In this document: piece after piece, positions 53,829-64,000 of the stretch
How positions within the stretch are numbered: the stretch's first letter is position 1
Layout: every line of letters begins with the position of its first letter
Notes under the pieces: generated by a model
Databases searched by the model: none
What the model was told of the DNA's origin: nothing
Seen by the model: the letters and a program-made list of their open reading frames with translations, nothing else
Source of the DNA: Podarcis muralis
Taxonomy: Eukaryota
DNA: 64,000 nucleotides
Assembly: GCF_964188315.1 (NCBI RefSeq)
Contig: NC_135656.1
Coordinates: forward strand, 21,266,001-21,330,000
Direction of reading: 5' to 3'
Made by a program: the position numbers and the translations under genes

Positions 53829-54052
53829 CAGTTCTTGAATAGTCTAGTCCTGTGGTAGCATATTACACCGATCCTGGTCCAACTGCACTGGCTACCAATG
53901 AGTAAATTCAAAGTGCTGGTTTTGACCTATAAAGCCTTAAATGGCTCAGGACCACAATACCTCAAGGACCGCCTCTTTCCATATGAACCCACCTGGACCC
54001 TGAGATCATCTTCTGGGGCCCTCCTTCGTGTGCCTCCTCAAGAGATCTAGAG

Positions 54053-54447
54053 CAGGGGTCAGCAAACTATTTCAGCAGGGGGCCGGTCCACTGTCCCTCA
54101 GACCTTGTGGGGGGCCGGACTATATTTTGAGGGGGGGGGAGAGAACGAATTCCTATTCCCCACAAATAACCCAGAGATGCATTTTAAATAAAAGGACACA
54201 TTCTACTCATGTAAAAACACACTGATTTCCGGACCGTCCGCAGGCCGGATTGAGAAGGCGGTTGGGCCGGATCCAGCCCCCCGGCCTTAGTTTCCCTACC
54301 CATGATCTAGAGCAGCCTTTCTCAACCTGTGGATCCCCAGATGTTGAACTACAACTTCCATCACCCCTAGCTAGCAAGGCCAGAGCTCAGGGATGATGGG
54401 AGTTGTAGTCCAACAACATCTGGGGACTCACAGGTTGAGAACCGCTG
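54053..54447. mobile_element. Two different hAT MITEs in tandem (54053-54304 and 54313-54447) inside an L2 remnant
   Basis: ATCTAGAG occurs three times, at 54045-54052, 54305-54312 and 54448-54455. Confidence 0.85.
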
Positions 54448-55727
54448 ATCTAGAGTGTGGCAACACAAGAACAAACCTTCTCTGCAGTGGCTCCCCATTT
54501 GTGGAATGCTCTCCCCAGGGAAGTTCACCTGGCACCTTCATAAAACGTTCCTTTTTAACCAGGCCTTTTGTTGATTTGATTGACATCTTTGCCCTTTTAA
54601 AATGTGGGGGTTTGGGTGGGAGGGGGTTATTGGGTTGTTATCTTTATTTTGATTATATATTCTGTTGTTTTACATTTTTTATTTTGCTCTGTGAACTGCC
54701 CTGAGACCTCCGTGTATACGGCGGTATATAAATTCAATAAATAAATACCTAACATATCCCAATATCACTGGAGTGCAGCTCCCATCCATGATGAATGGCC
54801 TTGCTGGCTGCAGCTGATGGAAACAGGTGAGTCACCCAGTAACCCATCTGGACTCCAAAATACACTTTATTGGATATTTGTATATTTCTATTTCTTTATT
54901 AAATTTATACACTGCCCTTCATCTGAAGATCACAGGGCAGTTTACAGCAGAAAGATACAAAAGGAAAACTCAAAATACATATAAATGACAAAAAAAATGC
55001 CTCCTATAACGACACTTGGTTGTGTTTAGTCTAATTTCACAGAAAGAGAAATTTTTCCATCATATCTGGACAAACAATTAATTACTGTACAGACTATTTA
55101 AATGTAATAGCCGAGCTGAAACCGCAAAGAGATAGTTGGAAGTCAATAAAACTAATAAGGGACTCAAACTAGTATGAAGGTAATTTCTTCTTATAATTTT
55201 GTGTATAGATTATTCAAGTTATGGTTTGTACTCCTTAAATAATGTTGTTGATAAATATTTTTCTGTCTTGTTTAGGGTTCCCCCCCTTTTTTTCTGTTCG
55301 TAAGCTGAGTTTATCTTTTTTCAATGTTTCACATTATAGCCTTTTGTGCTACTATCTTACGTATCTTTTATTTGCTTTTTTGTAAACTTTGGAAATGTAT
55401 TGAAATAAAAAATAAACAAATGACCAAAAAAAAACCCAATAACACCCACTCACACACAAATGCTATAATTTATTACATTAATGGCTATCCCTGGCATCAA
55501 CTATATTCTAAGATTAACTGTGTTACATTTATGGCATCTTCAATTTGAGCCTGTTCTGCTTCCATTCTTTTAATAATCTGCACAGAGAGATGCCTGACTG
55601 TAACAGCCACAATGCAGGCCCTGTGCTCAGAGCTCTTCCCTTGATAAAAAAAAATGGCAAGGCCTGGATATTATAGGGGAGCTGGAGTTCAAGGGAGTCG
55701 TGGTTCCTAGTCTGTAATGCTTGCTTC

Positions 55728-55770
<43 letters not shown>

Positions 55771-56185
55771 TTATTATTTATACCCCGCCCATCTGGCTGA
55801 GTTTCCCCAGCCACTCTGGGCGGCTCCCAATCAGTGTTAAAAACAGTACAGCGTTACATATTAAAAACTTCCCTGAACAGGGCTGCCTTAAGATGTCTTC
55901 TGAATGTCAGGTAATTATTTATCTCTTTGACATCTGATGGGAGGGCGTTCCTCAGGGCAGGCGCCACTACCGAGAAGGCCCTCTGTCTGGTTCCCTGTAG
56001 CCTCACTTCTCGCAATGAGGGAACCGCCAGAAGGCCCTTGACGCTGGACCTCAGTGTCCGGGCTGAACAATGGGGGTGGAGACGCTCCTTCAGGTATACA
56101 GGACCGAGGCCGTTTAGGGCTTTAAAGGTCAGCACCAACACGCTGAATTGTGCTCGGAAACGTACTGGGAGCCAATGCAGATCTC
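55728..56185 (-). mobile_element. L2 3' fragment with (AAT)n tail
   Basis: MLVLTFKALNGLGPVYLKERL...RHLKAALFREVFN. Confidence 0.8.
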
Positions 56186-56679
56186 TCAGAATTTATATCT
56201 TCTTCAGGAGTGCCCATCTTCTAATCTAGATGCTAATGGGTAGATGTTTCGAAACCAACTATTTTGAATTCCTGACTAGATTAGGCTTGCTGTAGCTGGT
56301 TGTTTGCCATGGAGGCAGTATTCAGCAACAGCTGAAAACAGAAGAGAAGGCTACCCACACGACAGATCCAAGGCGGGGTGGGGCTTACCTGCCCCCACCC
56401 CGAATATTTTATTGAAGTTGGCATCCCTGGTGCAGACGTATATAAACTTTATGAAGTAAATAAATCACTACTTACTGAGCAGCCTCATACATTTTTATTG
56501 ATGCTGCAACTGCATCTTGAGTACTTTACTACATCCCTTTTCGATTATAAAAATTCTACCTTCCATTGTCCTTCCTTGACTCTGGCTGTACGTGCCACAC
56601 CTTCCAGCACATGTTAAACGAACTTTCGTCCTTTTCACCAGCAGCTGGGCATTATGCAATGCCGCAGAAAGCCCCTTAT

Positions 56680-57040
56680 AATAATAATTTATTATTTGTA
56701 CCCCGCCCATCTGGCTGGGTTTCCACCGCCACTCTGGGCGGCTTCCAACAAAGATTAAAAATACATAAAAATGTCACACATTAAAAACTTCCCTGAACAG
56801 GGCTGCCTTCAGATGTTTTCTAAATGTCAGGTAGTTTGACATCTTTGACATCAGATGGGAGGGCCTTCCACAGGGTGGGCGCCACTACCAAGAAGACCCT
56901 CTGCCTGGTTACCTGTAGCTTTGCTTCTCACAGTGAGGGAACTGCCAGAAGGCCCTCGGCACTGGACCTCAGTGTCCGGGCTGTACGATGAGGGTGGAGA
57001 TGCTCCTTCAGGGATACTGGGCCGAGGTCGTTTAGGGCAT
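56680..57040 (-). mobile_element. L2 3' fragment
   Basis: Same family as 55728-56185. Confidence 0.75.
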
Positions 57041-58247
57041 TTCTTTGCAAGAGCAGCTGGCAAGTCCAAACTTGGCCACTTTCGCTTTCAAGATGCTACG
57101 CAAGCCCAAAGGAGCTTGCCTTTTAAGTGTTACCCAAAACAGCTTAGGCCGGCACTTTTGCAATGGGCATTTGGAAACAGAGCGGTTTTTAGAGAGCTGT
57201 GATTTGGAGAAGCGCTCTGATTCACAGCACTTCCTTCTTTTAACCAATAGCCAAAATAAGCAAGCACAAGTTTGGTTCTCCGACAGGCCCCTTCCACCAC
57301 ATTCTCTGCACCCTGCTTGTGTAGATCTTTTGAACCCGGCTGCGTTAAGCGTCTTAGCATGCCGTGTCCAAAGTCAAGAAGGGAGATGGTGCCAGGAAAC
57401 TGTCATTCTGAGCTTAAGAGGGTCACGTCCTGCCGCTGAGCATTGCAAAAGCAAGATAACCGCGCAGTCTGGAGGATTTTGGAAAGAGCTTATTTGCAGA
57501 TCCACGGAGACCCATTTCTCAGAATGAGTAAAGGGAGGCTTCTAGCAACCCCTCCCTGTTTCTCGCACATACGATTATCCTCCTGGGCCTGAGTTGTTGC
57601 TCCTTGACTACCCATGAATCCTGCTTCAGGCTTATCTCCTACCAGGCTCTACAGAGCTGCAAGAGAGCAACAAATACACTCCAAACCCTCTCCCCCAGGA
57701 TTATCAGTATCCAGCGCCTGACTCAGGCAGGGAAGGCACCTCATGTCAGCTAAATCGAGATTCAGAAAAGTTCCCCAGAGCTGGGTTCGCCCATTGGGTG
57801 GGAGTGGATGTCTATTACTATTATATTATTATTATAATTATACATGAGGAAGCTGGCAACAGAGCTGCGCATCCTGCCCACATACCTAAACCTCAGCGCG
57901 TTAGTTTGCTCACCCCACCCTTGGCGTGCAAAATCAAGACATCAGCCCAGCAGACACGTGTCTGCGCGTTACGATCCCCACGTCCTACACGCAAGTGCTC
58001 TTCCCCCGATGTTTTTTTTGTTTTCCTAAGCGCTGGGCCCCATCGCAGGAGTCAGAGAAAAGCTCCAGCGCAGCCGCGATGGGGCCAGGGGCCATCTCCC
58101 GAGGGGAAGGGAAGGGCGACTCGACGCCACACCTCCCCATTCACACGAGATCTCAACCTGGCGCCCTTCAGCCACACCCATGACCGGCTTTCCCGCTACA
58201 CACGTGTTCCGGGAGACCCAGCTGGCTGCCAACACGCGAAGGACACG

Positions 58248-58366
58248 GTGCCAACGCCCTGGGGTGCCCGAGTATCCACAAAATTGCCCACGAAGGGGCC
58301 AGGCACCCACAAATTTCGGGGCCAGGGCTGTGCACGCTGCATGGCACCCACGGGCCCAGCTGACAC
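58248..58366. repeat. GC-rich GGCACCCA-containing element, copy 3 (copy B intron 1)
   Basis: About 84% identical to 1879-1984. Confidence 0.8.
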
Positions 58367-58505
58367 AGTCCTGCGCGCCTTCCCAAGACCCACGAGGAAA
58401 CACGCATTGCGCTTTAACCAGCCTTGTTTCCCCTTTCCCAAGGCACCAAAATCCCCAGAACCGAAGCCGAGGTGAGGCTACAGGAGCATCCGACCCAAGA
58501 CTTAC

Positions 58506-58508
58506 CAT
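58506..58508 (-). CDS. TUBA1C: Copy B exon 1 (ATG only)
   Basis: GAAAC ATG|GTAAGT on the minus strand. Confidence 0.9.
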
Positions 58509-58681
58509 GTTTCCCGGCAGGCAGGATAGAGACCAAACAGATAAAGGAGAAAGAGAAGGCTGAGAAACGGGATGAGCTCCGCCTTCCTCACGAACCGACC
58601 CGTTCAGGGAGTCGCCAGTGAGCAAAAACTTCTTCCCAACTTCAGCACTTTGCCGCGGGTGGGGGGGGGGGTGGCTTTTAC

Positions 58682-58816
58682 TTTTATAAGGCGTGAGTGA
58701 CGTATGCAACGGGGGCGGGGCTTCGTGGCTGGAACAGAAGGGGGGGAGAGGGAGGCGCACCGCCCCCGCTCTGACCCCTGATTGGCACGTTCGAATTCCC
58801 CGAAAGGGGAAGGCGG
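58682..58816 (-). promoter_or_regulatory. Tubulin copy B promoter (TATAAAA at 58682-58688, CRE-like ACGTCA, GC boxes, CCAAT)
   Basis: Motifs are visible and the block is conserved with copy A. Confidence 0.85.
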
Positions 58817-59416
58817 GGACGAGCGAGCTCAGAATTCGAACCCAGACCCGAGCTAAAGGCGCTTTCTACCTCCACGAAACAGAGTTGGGGTGCCAACTTG
58901 AATAAAATATGCGGGGGGGGGGCAAGCAGGTAAGCCCCGCCCCGCGCAATCGATCACAAGACACAAACACACACCCAATGGCTATGCCCAGCAACTTTGG
59001 GGGGGGGGTGTCAGCCCCCTCAAATATTTTATATGGGGTGGGGGGGAAAGGACCACAGCCCCGCGCTTCCCATGCCTGCAAATGAAAGCATGTCTTACTT
59101 GCAAGTTAATTCCATCTTAAATAACAGAACTTATTCTTATCTGAGCCAGCTCTTCCTGCCTGTGGTTCTGGAGGGATGTGTTGGGCCATGACTGAAGTAT
59201 TGGACTGAGCACAAAGACTTGATTGTCGTCCTGTACTTCCCACAGATCTTCCTACTATTATCATAAAGGTAAAGGGACCCCTGACCATTAGGTCCAGTCG
59301 TGGCCGACTCTGGGGTTGCGGCGCTCATCTCGCTTTATTGGCCGAGGGAGCCGGCGTTTGTCCACAGACAGCTTCCGGGTCATGTGGCCAGCATGACTAA
59401 GCCGCTTCTGGCAAAC

Positions 59417-59977
59417 ATGAGAGTCCTTCAGCTCTCTATATTGGACAAACAGGCCAAACCTTACGCCAAAGAATAAACGGACATAAATCTGACATCAAGA
59501 ATCACAAGACAGAGAAACCAGTAGGAGAACACTTCAATCTCCCAGGACATTCTATACAAGATCTCAAAGTAGCTGTTTTACTACAAAGGAATTTCAGAAA
59601 TAGACTGGAAAGAGAAGCTGCTGAATTGCAACTTATTACCAAACTTAAAACCATGGAGAGACCTGGTCTGAACAAAGACATTGGATTCTTATCTCATTAT
59701 ACATGACAAAGCCATTTTTCACCTTCTCACCCCTTGCTTTTTCCTGTAAGACCTATTGCAGTCGTTAAGAGTCGTCAACAGGCTCATCACAGCTATCTGC
59801 CAATCACCCATTCCCACCACCCTTCTGAGTAATACCCCTCCCCACCAGTGTATCTGAAGAAGTGTGCATGCACACGAAAGCTCATACCAAGAACTAACTT
59901 AGTTGGTCTTTAAGGTGCTACTGGAAGGAATTTTTTTTGTTTTGACTATGTCAGACCAACACGGCTACCTATCTGTA
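59417..59977 (+). mobile_element. Penelope-like element 3' fragment with GIY-YIG endonuclease remnant (59425-59706)
   Basis: Stop-free 93-codon frame PSALYIGQTGQTLRQRINGHKSDIKNHKTEKPVGEHFNLPGHSIQDLKV...REAAELQLITKLKTMERPGLNKDIGFLSHYT*, absent from the supplied ORF track because it lacks a start codon. Confidence 0.85.
59850..59887 (+). ncRNA. Minimal type I hammerhead ribozyme motif
   Basis: GTAT-CTGAAGA-A-GTGTGC(AT)GCACAC-GAAA-GCTC-ATAC: conserved core, 6-bp stem II, GTAT/ATAC stem I, palindromic AGCT stem III, predicted cleavage after C59883. Confidence 0.75.
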
Positions 59978-60181
59978 ACGGAAACACCGTTTACCTTCCC
60001 GCCGGAGCGGTCCCTATTTATCTACTTGCACTTTTGACGTGCTTTCGAACTGCTAGGTTGGCAGGAGCTGGGACCGAGCAACGGGAGCTCACCCTGTCAC
60101 AGGGATTCGAACTGCCGACCTTCTGATCGGCAAGTCCTAGGCTCTGCGGTTTAACCCACAGCGCCACCTGCGTCCCCTGTA

Positions 60182-60399
60182 CAGTGGTACCTCTGGTTAA
60201 ATACTTACGGTAATTCGTTCTGGAGGTCCGTTCTTAACCTGAAACTGTTCTTAACATGAAGCACCATTTTAGCTAATGGGACCTCCCCGCTGCCACACGA
60301 TTTCTGTTCTCATCCTGAAGCAAAGTTCTTAACCCGAGGTACTATTTCTGGGTTAGTGGAGTCTGTAACCTGAAGCGTATGTAACGCGAGGTACCACTG
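60182..60399. mobile_element. Family A MITE
   Basis: TIRs and TA flanks. Confidence 0.8.
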
Positions 60400-61604
60400 T
60401 ATTGGAGGGTCACAGTTTCCCATCCCTGGCTTAGAGCATAATTTGTAATTTCTAAAACCCAATGGAAATCCAACTCACTACTCCTGTATGGTATCATGGT
60501 ATGGGCAGAAAAAAAACGCCCTTCCAGTCTCAGAGCAAAGCATTGCCCTCTGGCACTCAGAGTCTTGGGAGATGATTTTCAACATCCATAAATTCCTTCT
60601 GCGTCCCAGGGAAACTGAGAGAGAGAGTCAAGCTGGGAAGAATCATAGGCTTGCCACAGGAAAGCAAAGCAAGATAGCTTGCCTGTTGGCATTCTGGGCC
60701 CAAACATTCCTCATAAATCAACAGGACCTCGGAGGACACTATTGGATCGTTGCCCAAGCTCCACATCGTGGGCACAGACAGCATGAGGTTTCAGCCCCCT
60801 ATCTCACTTCAGCTTGCCTTGGAATTTGGAAAAACAGAACTGGAAAATTCACACACATCTATTCAGAGTTATATTTTCTTTAGCTGGTTGGAAAAATGCT
60901 GTTAAATCAAGGGAATAAAATATGCAGACTCACATACCCATGCAGAGAATGTTAACAGACCTTGCCTATTTTTAGACGTTCCCAGCACGACGGACAACCC
61001 TAGTTAGAATGGAACATCAGATTCTCACTGTAGTCTTTTTGGGGAGAAATCCCTAGTAAATCATTGGCATTCACCTCCCTCACTGAGGGACTTTCTCATT
61101 TGCTCCCTGCCCATGTTTGCGAGGCTTAATTCCTGTTTTGCTTCAACATTTATTTTTATTCCGAAGTCCCTGCTGTGCAGGGTGGACTTCCTCATTTGCA
61201 AATCCACCACAGTGTGTGATTTATCCCTCTGCCAAAGAAAAGGGCAACACCAGTTGACGCTGATGAAAGCCATAGGACCTGAATCAAACCATGCATATTG
61301 TTGCATTTCAAGGCAGATTTCCTGTTTAATGTTATTATTGTTTAATTCAGGAAATGTGTTCTTGGGGTGTGTTAAAGGATTCACCCACCTTGAATGAATA
61401 ACAGCCCCTTCCTTCAGTTATCTTCCCTTGGCACTTGTTCCGAGGGTGTGGTGTGCGTCCCGGGTGTGTGTGTGTGTGTGTGCGGTGAGCAGTGCGCACC
61501 CCGGGGGGTGCCGCCGATCAGGGGTCGGCATCTTGTCATCCCCCCTTTGGAATGGCACCTGGGGCGGACCGCCTCCTGCCCCTCCTCAGACCGCCCCTGC
61601 CTCA

Positions 61605-62152
61605 GTGTCCAGGCTGGAGGTGGAGACGCACCTTCAGGTATACTGGGCCGAGAGGCCATTTAGGGCTTTAAAGGTCAACACCAACACTTTGAATTGTGCT
61701 TGGAAACGTACTGGGAGCCAATGTAGGTCTTTCAGGATTTGGGTCATTAGCATGCACACCCTTATACAAAGGACCATCTAATTGTTTATAACTATGGTGA
61801 GTAGGAAGGGACGCAGGTGGCGCTGTGCGTTAACCACAGAGCCTAGGACTTGCCGATCAGAAGGTCGGCGGTTTGAATCCCCGCGACGCGGTGAGCTCCT
61901 GTTGCTCGCTCCCTGCTCCTGCCCACCTAGCAGTTCGAAAGCACGTCAAAGTGCAAGTAGATAAATAGGGACCGCTAGGGCGGTAAGGTAAACAGCGTTT
62001 CCGTGCGCTGCTCTGGTTCGCCAGAAGCGGCTTAGTCCTGCTGGCCACATGACCCGGAAGCTGTACGCCGGCTCCGTCGGCCAATAAAGTGAGATGAGCA
62101 CTGCAACCCCAGAGTCGACTGGACCTAATGGTCAGGGGTCCCTTTACCTTTA
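61605..62152. mobile_element. L2 fragment (-, ~61605-61745) and Sauria SINE (+, ~61808-62152)
   Basis: Consensus matches. Confidence 0.75.
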
Positions 62153-63024
62153 ACCCTGGTTTAAGCAGCCATTTGGAGCCAAGCTTATATATCTGAGTTT
62201 CTAACACTGATGGGAAATACGTTGGCTTGAAAGCCCATAGGTCCACTGCCAATTATTGTGCTAGATGGGCCATTAGTCTGATCAGGTATGAGGCGGTTGC
62301 CTCTGCCAATGAATTTTATCTCCCCCAACCAAAGGCATGGGGCCATGGTGAAGGAACAGAACATCTCTTTCCTGGTTGCTTGGCTTGTTTTGCTGCCAGC
62401 TCTGGGGCAAACCTTTGTCCTAGCTCTTCCCACGATAGAGCAAACCCCTGGGAGTGCAGAAAACCCTCAGTGGTTATGTGGCAGTCCTTTCTCACGGTTG
62501 GCTTGAAACACTGGCCAAAGATCATTAAGCCTAGTTGCTAGCAGTGCGTATACAAGGGGGAAATGGATAAGGGGGCTGGGAGGGAATAATAGGACCAGTA
62601 ACAAAGCATATGGGACATGGAAAGATGTGGTTGGGCCCCTTCTGTTTAACGAGTCATTTAAAAAGGATGTTGGGTGGGTGGGGACGCGCTGCAATCCTTT
62701 GGTTTTTCCAAAGCTGCTCTGTGTGTGTTCTGTTATGAACTGCGGGGAAAATACATATTTGGCTTAGATGGATGGGAGAAAAGGCTTTTTCCCTGAATGG
62801 GTTTCTCAGCTGCCTCGTACAGTTCACCCAGGCCTCTCCTGCTGGGGAGAATAGAGCTGGCACAAGGAATCACCATCCCTGGCCCTATGCCTGAGCACGG
62901 TGTGGGTGGCTGAGGACAGGGAAGGAATGCAGTCAATGAAATGTGACTGGAGATAACTAGTTAGAGCAGTTGCATGCCCAGAGGAGAAGACTATGAAGGG
63001 AAAAGCTATGCTGAGATTCTAGCT

Positions 63025-63508
63025 CGGGGTCAGCAAACTTTTTCAGTAGGGGGCCGGTCCACTGTCCCTCAGACCTTGTGGGGGGCCGGACTATATATTT
63101 TTTGGGGGGGGGGGAAATGAACGAATTCTTATGCCCCACAAATAACCCAGAGATGCATTTTAAATACAGTGGTACCTCGGATTAAGTACTTAATTCGTTC
63201 CGGAGGTCCGTTCTTAACCTGAAACTGTTCTTAACCTGAAGCACCACTTTAGCTAATGGGGCCTCCCGCTGCTGCCGCGCCGCCAGACCATGATTTCTGT
63301 TCTCATCCTGAAGCAAAGTTCTTAACCTGAGGTAATATTTATGGATTAGCGGAGTCTGTAACCTGAAGCGTATGTAACCCGAGGTACCACTGTAAAAGGA
63401 CACATTCTACTCATGTAAAAACACGCTGATTTCCAGACCATCCGCAGGCCGGATTTAGAAGGCGATTGGGCCGGATCCGGCCCCCGGGCCTTAGTTTGCC
63501 TACCCATG
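63025..63508. mobile_element. hAT MITE with a nested family A MITE (63167-63392)
   Basis: 8-bp TSD TTCTAGCT at 63017-63024 and 63509-63516. The inner element sits in a duplicated TA. Confidence 0.85.
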
Positions 63509-64000
63509 TTCTAGCTCTTTCCGAGGGTTGTATAAAACTAAGTTTTACTAGGGCAGAGACCCACTGAAATTAACTTTGTCATGTCTATTAATTTCAGTGT
63601 GTCTACTTCTGGGCATAATTCATCTTGAATATGAGTGCAATGTGAGAATTGGCTTCCTTCTTGTAAAGCAACCACTTTGGGTAATTGCTCCTTGATTTTT
63701 TACAGAAAGAAAGCCTTGATAGATCAGACCAGAAGTCCGCTTGCTGTATTATTGTCTTTCCAACAGTGCTCAGCCTGATGCTTGGGAGAAGTTGATGAAC
63801 TGGGTATTATTATTATTTACTGAATTTATATACCGCCCTATACCCAGAGGTCTCAGGGCTATTCACAGAACAAGATCAACATAAAATCCACAATATATAT
63901 AAATAATTTAATATAATATAATATAATATAATATAATATATGAATGTAACAGCACACCCCCCCCAGCCTGTTTCTTGCCCCCAGCATTTGGTATTCAAAA

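Larger units (their letters stand above)
59264..60177 (-). mobile_element. Sauria SINE split by a Penelope insertion (SINE parts ~59264-59416 and ~59978-60177)
   Basis: The SINE consensus resumes after the insert, with about 11 bp lost at the junction. Confidence 0.8.

Overview
Vertebrate genomic DNA from a squamate reptile (Sauria SINE, BovB, L2 and pogo/hAT MITE content; probably a lacertid lizard, which I cannot prove from sequence alone). Three genes are supported: exon 1 and promoter of peripherin (PRPH, minus strand, remainder off the left edge) and two complete 4-exon, 449-aa alpha-tubulin genes with TUBA1C-type diagnostics arranged tail-to-tail (copy A, + strand, 24521-34677; copy B, - strand, 58508-45267). 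Copy A has a 153-N gap inside exon 2. The rest is dense transposon sequence: about 14 Sauria SINEs, about 18 TA-flanked pogo/Tigger-like MITEs, hAT MITEs with 8-bp TSDs, and L1, L2, RTE/BovB, CR1 and Penelope fragments. Main observations: (1) a ~110-125 bp GC-rich element shared by the PRPH upstream region and intron 1 of both tubulin genes, in the same orientation relative to transcription; (2) an inverted TUBA1C-like duplication whose 3' half is almost identical between copies while the 5' half is diverged, suggesting gene conversion; (3) a Penelope fragment with an open GIY-YIG frame and a minimal hammerhead ribozyme ~1.2 kb upstream of the copy B TATA box; (4) an orphan CpG island with a CTCF-like motif bracketed by mirror-image composite repeats. 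All alignments and identities were done by eye, and repeat boundaries are approximate unless a TSD is quoted.
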